From positions 9,113,360 through 9,177,359 of the forward strand of contig NC_043019.1 of assembly GCF_006345805.1 (NCBI RefSeq): a DNA stretch of 64,000 nucleotides, read 5' to 3'. The stretch comes from Octopus sinensis (Eukaryota). The notes beneath the pieces were generated by a model. That model was not told where the DNA came from. It saw only the letters and a program-made list of their open reading frames with translations, and did no database searches. Below are positions 26,994 to 41,873 of the stretch, piece by piece (the stretch's first letter is position 1; each line of letters opens with the position of its first letter). Position numbers and translations under genes: made by a program.

Positions 26994-27898
26994 GGCCTCA
27001 GCCTCTGGCTGAAACCCATAAAAGAAAGGATGAAAGATATATAATATATATATAAAAGTAGAGGTACGGGTTCAATCCATTACTGCCGTCTCTAACGACT
27101 CATTTCCTTGATTAATGAAAATGTTATTGTAAAGAAATCGTTTGATATTTGCATAATGTGTGTCTGTTATTCCGACCTAACGAGGTGCCTCAGTTTAAGA
27201 ACCGAATTCAACTGAATTTTCTATATGTTTGTGCGTGTGTGTGTGTATGTGTGCATGCGTGTATATGTGTGTGTGCGTGTACACATATACATGCGTACAC
27301 ACATCCGAATACACTCACCCGCAAGTACGCACGCACACGAACACGAACGCACACACATGCACATTATGTATACACTAAATACGGATGTACCGGGGTATTT
27401 TCTTCCATTGAAAGCCCTCATCCAGTTCTGCACAATAGTTTCTTCACTTGTGACCTGATAACGGTGACAAGACTAAAAGTGCAGAGCGATTGCAGGTTTC
27501 GAATTTCGAAGCTGAACTCCCGAAACTAATTGTAACGATTAGAATAATAACATAAAGCGAATAAATAAATACAAAAATATCAAAAGGTCTGTTGAGTAAT
27601 AAGGGTGTGTATGCGGGTACTTGAGTGCGAGTGTGTGTGTGTATGTACATATATGCGTGCATGTGCATACGAGCATGCATGTGTAAGAATATGTATTTAT
27701 ATATATGCGTTTGTGTGTGTGTATGTGCATATGTATGTGTGCATGTATATGTATACGTATGTATGTGCTTATAATTGTGATTATTTTTGTGTATGTGTGT
27801 TTGTGTGTATATTTATGCAAATGAAGCTATGTGTAAGTGATTGTACGTGACTGTGAGAGTCTGAATGTACGTGCGTGTGTGTGTGTGCGTGCGTGTGT

Positions 27899-27938
<40 letters not shown>

Positions 27939-28201
27939 GCGTTGAAATTTATAAACCTATTACCATATGCAAATTACTCTTAGATAATTTTTTTTTTTAA
28001 TTCGTTCGATATTACACGTCGATGCCAATTCGAGTTTCTTGGCTGAATAAAAAATTAAAACTGATCCAGCCGAGGTTTGAACTCAGAATGCAATTAGTGT
28101 GAAGAGATACCGCAGGGGATGACGCCATCGGCTGCTGTATTGCTGTTCATAATATAAGCTCAAAGCCTGAAGTTTGAAGGGTGGGGCGGAGTGGATTAAA
28201 T

Positions 28202-28519
28202 CAGTGTTTCTCAAACCATCTGATGTGGCGTACCGGCATTTCGTTTTTGTCTTTTTTCCAATGTATCAGGGACCGGGAATATTTCTTAGTAATATTAATT
28301 TATACTGGAAACAATATTTACAATGAATATAATAAAAGTTGACATTTTTTAATCATATATTTAGTTTGTAAACAAATAATACAATCTTACATAAGCAGAT
28401 AAGTTGTTTACTGCTGTGCATAAGGCGAAATTACTGTTTTTTGGAAACTCGCCGCGTACGGGCAGCTGATGGCTCGCACACCGACGCCGGTCCGCAGACC
28501 ACCACACTGAGTAGCACTG
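28202..28519. mobile_element. hAT (Charlie-like) MITE
   Basis: TIRs CAGTGTTTCTCA / TGAGTAGCACTG, with a perfect 8-bp TSD GATTAAAT at 28194-28201 and 28520-28527. Confidence 0.9.
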
Positions 28520-28799
28520 GATTAAATCCATCTCACGATATCAATCACACCAGCAATGGTAATAAGATAGATCACTACTTCCAGAACCTGAAGTGTTACA
28601 GTAACAGCAGACCCTTGTTGTATGGCTTCAGGGATTTGAACACACGTTTAATAGTTGGACAGGAAGCTAGTGATGCTGTGTTAGTAGCTTGCTAAAATCT
28701 CTGTTATAAACTCAAGTGATTCCTTTTGAATCGTAAGCATCCGGTTAACAGGCCCACTCTTAACGACAGACGCGGGTTGAGACACGCTAACAGCATTTT

Positions 28800-29570
28800 A
28801 CAAAGGGAGATAACAAGTAACAACATCATGCTTCCATCTTCTGGTGATCAGTAAAACAATTTCTTATATAAACATTGTATTGTTGCAATAGGCAGAAAGA
28901 TACCGGCAGAGAATAAATAAATGGAAGAGAAAATTTGGAAGAGAATAGATATTCGACGTAGTTAAAGTACGTAAAGTAACCAAAATATCTGTATAAAACC
29001 TTTCTAGAATGAATCAACAAAAATACGTTACGTAAGACGATTAAATGCAGCCTAAAGAATAAACAGTGGCGATGGCCAACATTGGAATGCTTTAAGCGAG
29101 AACAAAAAACGTATGGCGTTGAAAATATACATGAAAATGTTTGAGTATTGGAGGAAAACAATACTGTGAAAAACCACGCCTTTGAAAACAATCTGTAAAT
29201 ATGTGTATGGTAGAATAGAAAGTAACAGCAGAAAAGTTTATAAAATACTTACCAATGAAACATTAGAAGTATTTGTAAAACCACCATTGAAAACAAACAA
29301 ATCTGAGTATAAACAAAAGCGATTGAAGGTTGGTGAAGAAGGTAGCAGCAGTAGAAAAATGAAGGAAAGCATTTGGTTGAGGTATTCAAATGAACTGATC
29401 TTAAGCTTGCTTTAAACAGCTTCGGAGACTGGAAATGTCTTTGCATGGACAACATCCCAAACTACTGGACCTTAACGTTTGACATGCTCCATTCCAAATC
29501 AAAAGCCATATAGAGTTCGCTCGTTAAACAACCCTGACCAAATAACGAGATGACTGCTTTTCAGAACAAC
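28800..29570 (+). mobile_element. Decayed R4/Dong-like LINE fragment (region N-terminal to the RT core)
   Basis: 29394-29500 translates to TDLKLALNSFGDWKCLCMDNIPNYWTLTFDMLHSK, resembling the NWKAPGxDxIxNYWLK...LH motif. Boundaries are approximate. Confidence 0.55.
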
Positions 29571-29859
29571 AAAAAGATCAATATTTTCACACCTGGCACA
29601 GCCACGATACCCTGTCCCACCCGCTTCATATCTTCCACTGTATGTTGTCTTAGCTGTTGGAAAACTGTTGGAATGCTTGTTACGGACAATCTTCTATTTT
29701 TATTTTCGTGGAGGAAGCAATGTTTGCCCCTCCACACACACAACACACACACACACACACACACACCACACACACACACAACACCACACACACAACACAC
29801 ACACACACATCACACCAACACACACACACACACACACACAACCATACTCACACACACAC

Positions 29860-29912
<53 letters not shown>

Positions 29913-29929
29913 TCCAACACGTAAAGAGC

Positions 29930-30453
29930 GTCTCTTGTTTATGTTCAGCGTTTTTCATTCGTTTTTCTCCTTGATGTTATTCTTTAGAAGTTGTTCTCCT
30001 CTAAGCCCTACAATTAATGTTCCCTACGGGGTTTGCCCCTGAGCTCTGTTTAGTTTATCGTCCTTCGACATTTTTAGCTTTTCCTATCTCGTCCCCTCCT
30101 CAGAACCCCTCTTCTCTTTCCATTCGTCTTCCTTGTCGCAATACAACGGGTTGGAAGCATTCTTTGCGGTTTGGGTCGAATCACTTGTAAGGCCAAGAAG
30201 AACCTGCAGTTTCTCGATCTTTCCACCGCCATAGCGACTTGTTTAGACAGTGATAACAATAAAGAGACTTCGTATGTGTTCCTTTATTGTAAGCATCTTT
30301 CGGTATTGGTGTTTGTTGTCGTAGCAATTCCTGTCCCCAGCAGCAGTAGCAGCAAATAGAGTTGAGATCTTCCATTAACACGTTAAACGTTTGACACTTG
30401 CACACTCCCTTTATCAAATTTGTAAACATGCAAAACCTCTGTTTTTTCCTCTC

Positions 30454-30501
<48 letters not shown>

Positions 30502-30965
30502 CTTTCACTCTCTCCATCTTCACTCTGTTTGAAGTGCTTCAGAACTTTCTTGGGGTCATGATGATGTCTTCAATCTTCTCATATTCGTCCACAATAAAAC
30601 GTTTCACCGTCGTAGTCACAAAAAGAAAACAGTCTACCTGTCACCCGGGGCTGTCTTTAGTAGGATGCGGCTGACTGCCGAATCCGCTTCATAGGTTATC
30701 ACACCCGCTCCACATCGTTTCACGAACATGAAATTCTCCACTAATAAACGTGTACATGGAAAACGATTCTGTCGCTCATTTTGAATATGTGACGGGCCCG
30801 ACTGGGTGTAGAATTGACCCGAGTCAGTAACGCTTCAAGTAGCTCTGCCATTTCAGGGATTCCTGCAGGTTTCCCACTGTTCATGGCCCGAAAATCTTTC
30901 AAAATAAACTTGCAAGATCCGGAGCCTTGCCTCCCCCACTGCACAATACGGAACCTTGTCACTCA
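29930..30965 (-). mobile_element. Possible Ty3/Gypsy (Mag-like) relic with large internal deletion
   Basis: PBS-like TGAGTGACAAGG near 30960, gag-like MAELLEALL...MSDRI...DSAVSRILLK, pol-end-like RSR...LQV..P and purine tract AAGAGAAGAGGGG near 30110. All matches are weak. Confidence 0.3.
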
Positions 30966-31395
30966 TACTTACTAATAACTAACTATAGAAACCCAATATA
31001 AGCAGTCACCTATTGACTGATACTAGATATATCTGTCTCATAAAAGATAATCGACGCCAGATTTTCCTCTATATTTGATCTGGGATTGCTTCTCAAAGAA
31101 ATGATTTGTGAACTCTAATACTTCACAACCGATAGCAACACTTGTTCAACGTTTGTAAATCTCTACAGATGTCGTACGATCGATGCATACCTGAGCATCA
31201 TCACCCACTGCATTCACAACTGTGTGCAGAGAGTTTCCGCTGCAGACGGGCCTTCCAGCCAATGGTACCCCATCCTAACGTAAGAAGCGGAAGTAGTAAA
31301 ATTCAGGAACTAGAGCAGAACAAACATTTATACATTGCTAGTGTATTCCAGACATGCCAATCCATGAATAAGATGATGGATCAGAGTCGAGGATC

Positions 31396-31655
31396 GTGTC
31401 CGAAAAATTCCTTGTTAAACATTTTTGCCGTGAGAAAATTTGTCGTGAGAAATTTCGCCATAGAGGAGGCACAAAAGCAGACTATAAACAAGACTACACA
31501 TTTTAAAGAGATTACCTTTCTCTAATTAGAAGGTTAACTCATGAAGTTGCCATTTTAAGATAAAAGATATTCGCTTTTTTTTTCGATTTTTTTTTTCCTT
31601 TACGGCGAGAATTTTCCTACGACAAACGTTTACGGCCCAAATTTCCTTTAACTCT
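31396..31655. mobile_element. Degenerate foldback/MITE-like element with repeated AAATTT.GCCGT subterminal motifs in inverted orientation
   Basis: TTTTGCCGTGAGAAAATTTGTCGTGAGAAATTTCGCCATA on the left; TACGGCGAGAATTTTCCTACGACAAACGTTTACGGC on the right. Confidence 0.4.
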
Positions 31656-32331
31656 TGACGAGATGGCTTTTTCTTGTCGTACCATATAAACTAGCACTTG
31701 AAACCTAACAATTAGACATTATCAGAAATACTGTGTTAGTATTAATGTTGATTGAAACTACCGGTAGGAGGAGAAGAAGAAGGGGGAGGAGGAGAGGGCG
31801 GTGCAGTAATGAGAAAATTTGGTGAAAACTGTAGACCTCCACACCAGTTTCCCGTACACTCACAACGGGTGTGGTGGGTGTTCATAACAGCAATATATCC
31901 ACGCATCTAAAGCAGGCACCTAAAGTGTTGAGACGGTAACGAACGTAACCAACAAACACGACGAGACAAAAACATAGAGCAGACACTTCAGAGGACAGCA
32001 GACGACTCTCACATGAAACGATGGCATCGGCCAAGCACGGCTCAGGTCTTTCATTGTTATGCAAGGTCTTGAACTGTGTGTGTTGTTTCTGGATAATGAT
32101 TAAAAATTATTTGTCGATTTATCAATGTGAATCAATGTCTATCAATGTTACGTACACCGTTTCTTCTTGGAAGTCAAACAGATTTTTGTGTTCGTTCATT
32201 TAATGAAGCTTTTGAAGTGATTGTTAATGTGTAACTACGACTGAGAGAGGAGAAGTGTGAGCTTAGTAGTAGCTATGTGCAGATATATATATATATGACA
32301 TCTACGTACATGTATGTATATATATATATAG

Positions 32332-32369
<38 letters not shown>

Positions 32370-32553
32370 ATATATATAATTATATATATATATATGTATG
32401 TATGTATGTATATATGTATGTATGTTTGTATATACATACATAAACATATATAATATATATATGTATAGAGATAGAGATATATATACTTATATATCTATAC
32501 ACATATATGTATATACATATCTGTATGCACACCACACACACACACACACACAC

Positions 32554-32588
<35 letters not shown>

Positions 32589-33240
32589 CATAAACACACA
32601 CACGAACACACACACACATATATATAAGCATATACATATTTTATATACGTGTATGTATATATATATTTCTATATACACAAACATACGTATCTATACGTGT
32701 ATATACATATATATGTGTGTGTGTGTGTGCGTTTGTATGCACACAAATATGTATATGTATACACACACACACACACACACACTTATGAATCTGCGTGAGC
32801 CCATTTGTATGTGAATGGATGTGTATAAGTATAGAGGCACGCATATATGTTTGTATAGACGCATATAAGCAAACGTATCTACGTTTGAATATGTTCCTAT
32901 TTGTGTGTGTGTGTGTGCCTGAGAGTGTGTGTGTGTATGTGCGAGCGTGCTTTTGTTACTTTCTGTGTATTTGTAAAATTGGAAAATCTCTGTTAGCATT
33001 AATGTTGGTTAGGAGTGTTAGTATTAATGCCGGTAGGAGGAGAAGGAGGAGGAGGGGAGAAGTTGGAGGTGGTGGTGGTGGTGGTGGTGATAGTGGTTGT
33101 GGTGCAGTAATCAGAAAATTTGGTGAAATCTGTAGATTCCTCTCAGTAAAATATAGCACGATAGGTGAGTAAACACATTTACGTATACGTAGAATCGTTC
33201 ATACATTCGTATGGCTATACATACATACATACATATATAC

Positions 33241-33287
<47 letters not shown>

Positions 33288-33418
33288 CACACTTATAACT
33301 TTGCTCATATGCACATACGTATTTATACATATATACATAAATATGCAAAGGACGCTGTCCTCCAGAGCGAAAGCTTAGTTCCTAACTCATGGCAGCTGAA
33401 TATTATGTGGCACCAAAA

Positions 33419-33630
33419 TGGCGAGCTGGCAGAATTGTTAACCCACCGGGTAAAATGTTTAGTCGCATTTCGTCTGTCTGCATGTTCTGAGTTCAAATTC
33501 CACCGATGTTGACTTTACCTTTCATCCTTTCAGGATCGATAAATCAACTACCAGTTATACACTGGAGTCGATGCAATCGTCTAGCCGCCACTTCCCCTAA
33601 ATTGCTAGTCTTGTGCCAAAATTTGAAACT
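33419..33630 (+). mobile_element. Meta-domain-like SINE, older tail type
   Basis: GGCGAGCTGGCAGAA...GAGTTCAAATTCC...CCTTTCATCCTTTCAGGATCGATAAA...AAATTGCTAGTCTTGTGCCAAAATTTGAAAC. Confidence 0.85.
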
Positions 33631-34249
33631 TAATATTGTATGGCATCGACAGAAAAAAGAAAATGCTGTACATCTCGTCCGCAACGCAGTCAACAAACTG
33701 TGACCCCATCAGAAATTTCCCCACTCATTTTCCGCTCGCCATAATTATGCAATGTTAATATTCTTATAATTTTCTTTTATAATTAAGCTTTCTAAAATCT
33801 AAGTTCGTTTCTGAGAATTTAATTCACCCTCTGTAGTTTCCTAAATTCTGTATTCTATATGAACACCCTTCGTTCTTTTGAGTCGAGCTTCAAATATTAC
33901 CCACTGAAGTTTGGTATATGTCTTTGGCATATGTCTGCAGCAGTCATTCGACAAAGTCATTCTGTTATCCGTTACGTCGTCCACATCTCAAGCGTGTGTA
34001 GCATCGATGTTATGATGCAGTGCTTAGTGAACAGGTTCAAGTCCGCTTTTATTAGATTCATTTCTCAAGGAACCGAAACAAGATTAAAGATTTTTTTTAT
34101 TCAACTCTTGAATTTATCTTAGATTCTAACAACTCGTCTCTTGAGACAGAGCTGCCGAGGTATGCTAAAGATTTAATCGAGTCTGACTCAACATTACCAC
34201 TCGCCAAGTAAGATGTCTACAGGATTGCCATAAATCCAAAATTTGTACA

Positions 34250-34850
34250 AGCACGAGAGAAAAAGTCTTATATTTATTGAAAACTTTCTTTTGGATGAGC
34301 CTCAAGGGAACAGTGATCATCATACAACAGATTTTGATCGGGTGTTATAAATGCCTTCAGTTTAGCTTTCAAACAAAATAAAACAGATTAATCTGTTGCG
34401 TGATGCTGGACAAAGATGAGTGAGTTGCATGAACAGTTTACGTCTGGAGAATAAATATGAGGAAGAAATTCGGTATATTGGGCCAGAGATTATTCTTTGT
34501 CAAAGGCCAGTCTTCAGTTCTTGAGACAACACTGATAATTACAAATATATTTCGGATAGGAATTATCGATGCAGGACATCAAACATTCTAAACAAAAGAG
34601 AAGAGAATATGTTCAAACAAAATGCAGCATGTTTAAACAAAATGTGTTGGGCAACAGAAAAAGGAATGTATTAAGTGGATATCAAAGGAGAAGACAAATG
34701 CATTCTGAAAATTATAGAAACCAGAGTTTGTTGGTAAATGCAGGATGCAAAATAAGGGGAACAAAGCTTCTATAAGAAGTTCAGTTGGGATTTCAAAAGT
34801 ATTTTAGATGAGATTCTTTACAGAAAAGATTTCGGATAAGAATTTTAAGG
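34250..34850 (+). mobile_element. Possible very old CR1/L2-like LINE 3' relic
   Basis: Only vestigial motifs (KRRE.Y; FKSILDEIL near 34790-34820). Many stops. Confidence 0.25.
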
Positions 34851-35430
34851 AGTGAAATGTAGGAAAAGTTTGTCTGCTTTTAGTCGAGGTTACTTTCAGA
34901 ATATTGTCAGTGTTGGAAGGGTGAAAAAATGGTGTTACTTACACAATATCAGGAAGGGTTCAAAGAATATTTTTACTGGCGAACAAAAAGGGATCGAAGT
35001 AAAGAGTGCTTGAGAAGTTTAGCTATGTCACGTGCAAAATACAATAGAACGTGTGAATTTGTTTTTAATAGATTAGCAGTTAGTACACCACACACACACA
35101 CACACACACGCGCGCGCTTTCATGTTTCTTGCGAGTCAATATGTGGGTATAGGTGCGTGAGTGCGAGCATGTTCATGCATGCGTATTTAAAAACATATAT
35201 GTAATTATTCATCCGGTTCCTAGAATATCGTTGCATCTTTTCAGCACTTTCCTTTCATTCATTTGTAAAAATAAAATCATATATACATACCTATATCACT
35301 GTATAAATATATGTGTATGTATATATATATAATATATATAATATATATATATATATAATATATATATAATGTGTGTGTGTGTGTGTGTATACATATATAT
35401 ATATATAAGAGAGAGAGAGAGATAGATAGA

Positions 35431-35507
<77 letters not shown>

Positions 35508-35939
35508 CATACGTACATGCATCCATACACAAACGCACACAATACCTAACACATGAGTGTAGGCTGGAGTGTTTGTAAGCGACGGCAAGTTAGATATTGC
35601 ATGAGGCATGAACGCCTGTGAATGTATGTCGTTACACACAAACAAAATTAATCAATAGCCACATGCATGCGAGTATATATAAATACATGTAGCTACATGC
35701 AGATCTCGACTACAAACACGTTTCGCCAATAGCTTCAAGCATGCTGCCCCTCCCTCTAATTCGACAACCTTCTACCTCTCTCTCCTTCCTTCCCTCTCTC
35801 TACGCCATTTTGCCACCATACCCACGCCCTTCAAGCCCTCACTAGGAAACGCATGTCATCTGATCCCGATCCAATTTTCCAAAATTTTGCGTCGGTGTTT
35901 AACGATTCAGAGCGTGGCTATTGGTATGTTTCACTTACG

Positions 35940-36061
35940 CATAGATACACATCCAAATAGAATATAGATAAATAGATAGATAGATAGAGAGAGAGAAAGA
36001 GAGAGAGGGGGGGAGATAGATAGATAGATAGATAGATACATAGATAGATAGATAGATAGAG

Positions 36062-36124
<63 letters not shown>

Positions 36125-36196
36125 GAGAGAGAGGGGGGGGGAGATAGATAGATAGATAGATAGATAGAGATAGATAGATAGATAGATAGATAGATA
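35940..36196. repeat. (GATA)n/(GA)n microsatellite
   Basis: Directly visible. Confidence 0.95.
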
Positions 36197-36430
36197 TTCC
36201 ATTAGTCAAATTTTGCAGCAGACCCTGGTGCTACCACCAGTCATCAACAGCTACCAGTCGCCATCAATCAATACCAAATTGAAGCATTCAATTGACTCGC
36301 ATCAGACAAGATTGAACAAAGGATGTGCAATTGATTTTGATCTTTACTGTAAAACACGAAACAATACGCTAAGTAAACACATAACCCATACACTACACAC
36401 ACACGCATATGTATATATATTATAATATAG

Positions 36431-36475
<45 letters not shown>

Positions 36476-36635
36476 GTATGTACGTATAGTGGGTCTGTTT
36501 TTGTGAGCATGATCTAAATACGTACTCATTCTATGCACCCTACCATATACAAATGAGTATATAATGAGTATATATACGTATATAGCCATACATATATATA
36601 TATATATATATATGGTGTGTGTGTGTGTGTGTTGG

Positions 36636-36682
<47 letters not shown>

Positions 36683-37194
36683 AATGTGTGTGTATATATA
36701 TATATATATAATGTGTTGTGTATATATATATATATATATGTAGATACATATATATAATAGCTTGCTTTATGTGGGGGAGAGAAATGTGAAAGATTGGGGA
36801 GTGAGAGAATAATAGTGAAATCTTGCATTATCAGTCCTGAAGGGAAGTCGGTAGAGCATCATCTGCATTGTGTGTGTCTTTATGCGTGGATGCATGTGCG
36901 CAAGAATTGACGTCGGGGAATGTCTGCGTAAATCCATTGTTAAGTCGTTGTGTTTATGTTTCCATGTCTATCGCTGGTGAGTGTGGATGCGTTTATCTTG
37001 CATTATTCAAGCAACCACACATACACACGTATTCATTTAAGGATGTATACATGCACTCAAATATAAATAGTCCTTGATATCTGTGTGTGTGTGTGTGAGT
37101 GTGTGTGTGTGTGTGTGAGTGTGTGTGTGTGTGTGTGTGCAAATATAGACAAGCCATATATATATACACACACACATATATATATATATGCATA

Positions 37195-37243
<49 letters not shown>

Positions 37244-37389
37244 ATACACATGCTCATATGGGAATAAACTACTGGTATATAATTGGTGTGTCTTGTTTTT
37301 GTATGCATGACTTTTTAAATAAGGGCACATACACGTATGTGCAGGCTCGCACATCACTCGCGTAAAGCTGCCACGCCTATACACCCACT

Positions 37390-37630
37390 TACATATATAC
37401 TTATATATATATATATATAATATATATAATATATGCATATATGTATGTATGTATATATATATTTACATATCAATAAACATATATATTTATGTATATATAT
37501 ATATATATATATAATATATATATTATATTATATATATATACATATAGATATGGATATGTATACATATACATCGATATACATATATGTGTATATATATATA
37601 TATTATATATATATATTATATTATATGTAT

Positions 37631-37661
<31 letters not shown>

Positions 37662-37734
37662 ATATATATGTATATATATATATATATATGTATATATAAT
37701 AATGTTATATATATATTATGTATATATATATATG

Positions 37735-37765
<31 letters not shown>

Positions 37766-37954
37766 GTATATATATATATGTATATATATATATATGTATA
37801 TAATTCATATGTATATATATATATATGTGTATATATATATGTATATATATATATGTATATTATATATATGTGTATATATATGTATATATATATATGTATA
37901 TATATATATAGATATATATATATATGTATATATATATATGTATATATATATATG

Positions 37955-38019
<65 letters not shown>

Positions 38020-38052
38020 GTATATAGATATATATATATGTATATATATATG

Positions 38053-38114
<62 letters not shown>

Positions 38115-38115
38115 T
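37390..38115. repeat. ~700-bp (TA)n/(TATATATATG)n tract
   Basis: Directly visible; explains the YI-repeat ORFs. Confidence 0.95.
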
Positions 38116-38825
38116 GGGTCGCTAATTCGCAATTTTACAACCTAAAGGCAGCATATATATTATGAGAGAAGGAGAGATGAGAGAGACTCATTTATAGTGT
38201 ATATATTCTACATTTATATACACATACACGTCTATCCGTATACACACATACTGTTTGTAGATGCATAAATTGACATACACTTATTTACGAGGATATCAAT
38301 GAACAGCTACACTAACTGAGACTAACTGACATATATCCACATATCCACATATGCACATATACTTAAACTCCTTTGTACTTGTGTATAGATATACAGATCA
38401 GCCCATATCTGAACCAATGAAAACTGTGCACAAAAAGATGAAAGAACGAATATACGGCGAAACAAAAAACAAAAACACATGTAAATAAATGGTGGAACCG
38501 AAGAATAGAAAGCTGCAAAATGGCGGAGAAGAGAGCCAAGTCGATACTTCATGGAGAGCAACCGACATTTAAGCAAAATAAACAAGAGGAAAGATAACAA
38601 TGGAATTTGGAAGTAGGCAACTTCTAACTGTACCCATGATGCAATTCAGTGCATGCTACAAGATTCTCTTTTAGCCATTATAACGTAAGAAGAAGAAATG
38701 ATTGATGCGAGAGCGGCGCCGCAGGGTGTGAGATGAAATCTGATCTCGAAGCGATCGAACGCGCAGTTCGATTTATGCTAATTAGTTAAGAAGGGAGCTG
38801 AGAAATAACATCAACTGTTACTACA

Positions 38826-38857
<32 letters not shown>

Positions 38858-38966
38858 TACCACTGCTGCTGCTACTACTAGTACTACTACCAAAATCACC
38901 ACCTCCACTACTACTTGTACTGCCGCTAATATTACTATTATTACAATGAGTAATAGTAATGATAAA

Positions 38967-39183
38967 GATTTCAAATTCTGCCACAAGGCCAGCAAGTTCA
39001 GTAGGAGGGGGTAAGTTGATTACATCGACCCCCAGTATTCGCCTGATATTTATTTTATCGATCCCAAAAGGATGAAAGTCAAAGTCGACCCCGACGGAAT
39101 TTGAACTCAGAACACGAAGACAGACGAAATGCTGCGAAGCATTTTGCCCGGCGTGCGAACGATTCTACCAGCTCACTGCAGCC
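38967..39183 (-). mobile_element. Meta-domain-like SINE
   Basis: Reverse complement aligns to 33419-33630 and 58201-58432. Confidence 0.85.
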
Positions 39184-39234
<51 letters not shown>

Positions 39235-39237
39235 GTG

Positions 39238-39306
<69 letters not shown>

Positions 39307-39309
39307 GTG

Positions 39310-39346
<37 letters not shown>

Positions 39347-39394
39347 TAATAACAACAACACCAACGGCAACAACAACAACAAAAACAGTAATAA

Positions 39395-39787
39395 CGTTTT
39401 CAAATGTTGGCACGATGCCAGCAATTTTGAGGAATAAGGTTAGTTGATGACATCGACCGCAATGTTTGACTGGTATTTACTTTATCGATCCCCGACAGGA
39501 TAACACACAAAGACGACCCCGGTGGTATTTGAACTCCGAATAGAATGTCTGAAGAAATACCTATTTCTATTTCTTTACAACCCACAAAGGGCTAAACACA
39601 GAGAGGACAAACAAGGACAGACAAAGGGATTAAGTCGATTACATCGACCCCAGTGCGTAACTGGTACTTGATTTATCGACCCTGAAAGGATGAAAGGTAA
39701 AGTCGACTTCGGCGGAATTTGAACTCAGACGAAATACCGCAAAGCATTTCATCCGGCGTACTAACGATTCTTTCAACTCGCTGTCTT
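39395..39787 (-). mobile_element. Composite of two Meta-domain-like SINE units, junction at 39561/39562
   Basis: A younger unit with tail GAAATAGAAATA abuts GGTATTTC of an older diverged unit. Confidence 0.85.
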
Positions 39788-40721
39788 AGTAATACTAACG
39801 ATGATGATGGTGATGATGATGATATTGTGGTTGTTGTTGTCGTCGTTGACTGTGTTGGTGGTGGCGATGATTATGAGTTCTTTGTTTGACACAGGGGCAT
39901 CATACGAGGGCAACTTTATACGCACAGGTTTTAATTTGTGTGATGGTTTGCTTAAACGATGAGAGAGAGAATGAGAGAAGACAAAGGCTATGAGATGAAA
40001 GGTTAACCTCCTTAGGCATCTTATCTACGATGCAGTCCTCGTGATTGAGAAAAGACCCCCAGCTCAAGTCAATCAAAAAGCTCCACAGATCTCGTCAGTC
40101 CTCTCCCATGGCCGATGCTTAGAATAGGTCCATTAACCCTAACTATTTTTACCACCGTCAACCATCTTTTGAAATATTTCTCGGAGGAAAGCACCCTCCT
40201 CTCCGCCTTCAGTTTTCCCACCGAAAATCCGGACTTATATGTGTCAATTTCATTACGTGAATTTTGTTTTTAAACCTTTATTTTGCCAATTTCCCAAAAG
40301 TGGTTTATTCCCTTAAGTACAGCCATTCCGTTTTTCATCTTAATTTAGTCCATCTGCCATCATCGATTCGATCGCAGATATTTTGATTGCATTCACTTGC
40401 AAATTAGTTTTGGTTTTCAATTTTATGAAAGCTTATTTCTCTCAATTTCCAAATGGTGATCGAGTGAAAATTTCTGCAAACTATGAATTCGATATAACCT
40501 ACTGCACCGAGCTTGTTTTGTTTTTTTTTTCCTTTTTTTTCTTTTTCAAAAATCATTTTCTATGAATAAGATGTTCTTTTAATTAGTTCAACTAATTTTA
40601 GTATTACATTATACATGCATTATACATTGTACGTGCATATGATTTATTGAATAATTAAATTGCCAATATTTCGCCATTTTTATATTTAAATAAAGCACAA
40701 CAAAACAAAAATATTAATGAT

Positions 40722-40770
<49 letters not shown>

Positions 40771-41067
40771 CCTTTTCTGTCAATAATGAGTAGCATAAAT
40801 ATTACATCTTAAATCTTATTTCAATTATTAGCAAACTATGCGATACTTATTTACTAAATCAATGCAGTAGTTTTAAGAGAGAACTGCGAAAAATGCATCG
40901 AAGCATTGCGAGGGAAACGACAGGAGATGTTATTTGCAACGGGGAAGATGTTTATTGCTAATGGTGTAGGCAGAAAGAAACGAGCTGCAGAATTTCTACA
41001 GAAACAGCTAATAATAATAATAATCATGATAATAATAATAATAACAACAACAACAACAACAACAACA

Positions 41068-41098
<31 letters not shown>

Positions 41099-41100
41099 AA

Positions 41101-41525
41101 TGAGAACTGGATAATTTGATGGAGAAAGAAATGACAGAAAAATCTAAGGTGGAGTACTTGCGCAGGCTGAGGCTAATCCTTAAGTCGAAATTAAACGGAT
41201 GGAATAAGATTGAAGATATAAACACCTGGGTGGTTTTCACTCCTTAGATATGGAGCAGGGGTAATCGCATGGACAGTAGACGAGCTAAACAGCTTAGACA
41301 GAAATACAAAGAAGTTGTTGACGAGATATGGCATACTCCACCCAAAAAGTGAGACAGACTGTCTGTACCAAGATAAAGAGGGGGAGAGGACTGATTGGAT
41401 GTGAACACAGCATTAGAGCAGAAGAAAATAGCAACATGGTCTGTAAAAAATGCCACAGAACCACTATTACTGAACGTAAGAAGGTCATGCTTGTGAAGGA
41501 TGGAAGATTGCAAAGATAAAGCACA
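41101..41525 (+). mobile_element. R4/Dong-like LINE fragment (RT thumb region), decayed
   Basis: EYLRRLRLILKSKLNGWNKIEDINTW.../YGAGVIAWTVDELNSLDRNTKKLLTRYGILHPK.../RGGRGLIGCEHSIRAEE is typical of R4-clade elements (KSKLNG.NK..AINTW; LHP...DRLY.PR..GGRGL). Confidence 0.85.
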
Positions 41526-41837
41526 GTAAGTGTTAAAAATGCATAAAAATGTCAGGAGCAGACGAAAATCGTTCAATAGAGGTCGTGGCATAGGTAAATA
41601 CACCCTGGCTATTGAGGTTTCGATACTAACAAGTATTCACTGTCAACTGTATTCTGACAAAGTCAGCCACAACTTCGATTAGATTTCTTCTCTGGAAACA
41701 AATACTGCAGCTTAGAAGACTTTCAACAATGTGTCTACTTTGAGTAAGAAACAGAATACGGTCTTCAACTAATACCGGTTCTGTTATTCAAAGCGAATGT
41801 TAATTCAGCCTACCAGACAAATAGATTGGTAGGTAGA

Positions 41838-41873
<36 letters not shown>

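Noticed and set aside
26994-27025. AGCC-TCT-GGCT-GAAAC after the gap as half a hammerhead
   Set aside because: No CUGANGA box precedes the stem, and the upstream sequence is lost in the N gap.
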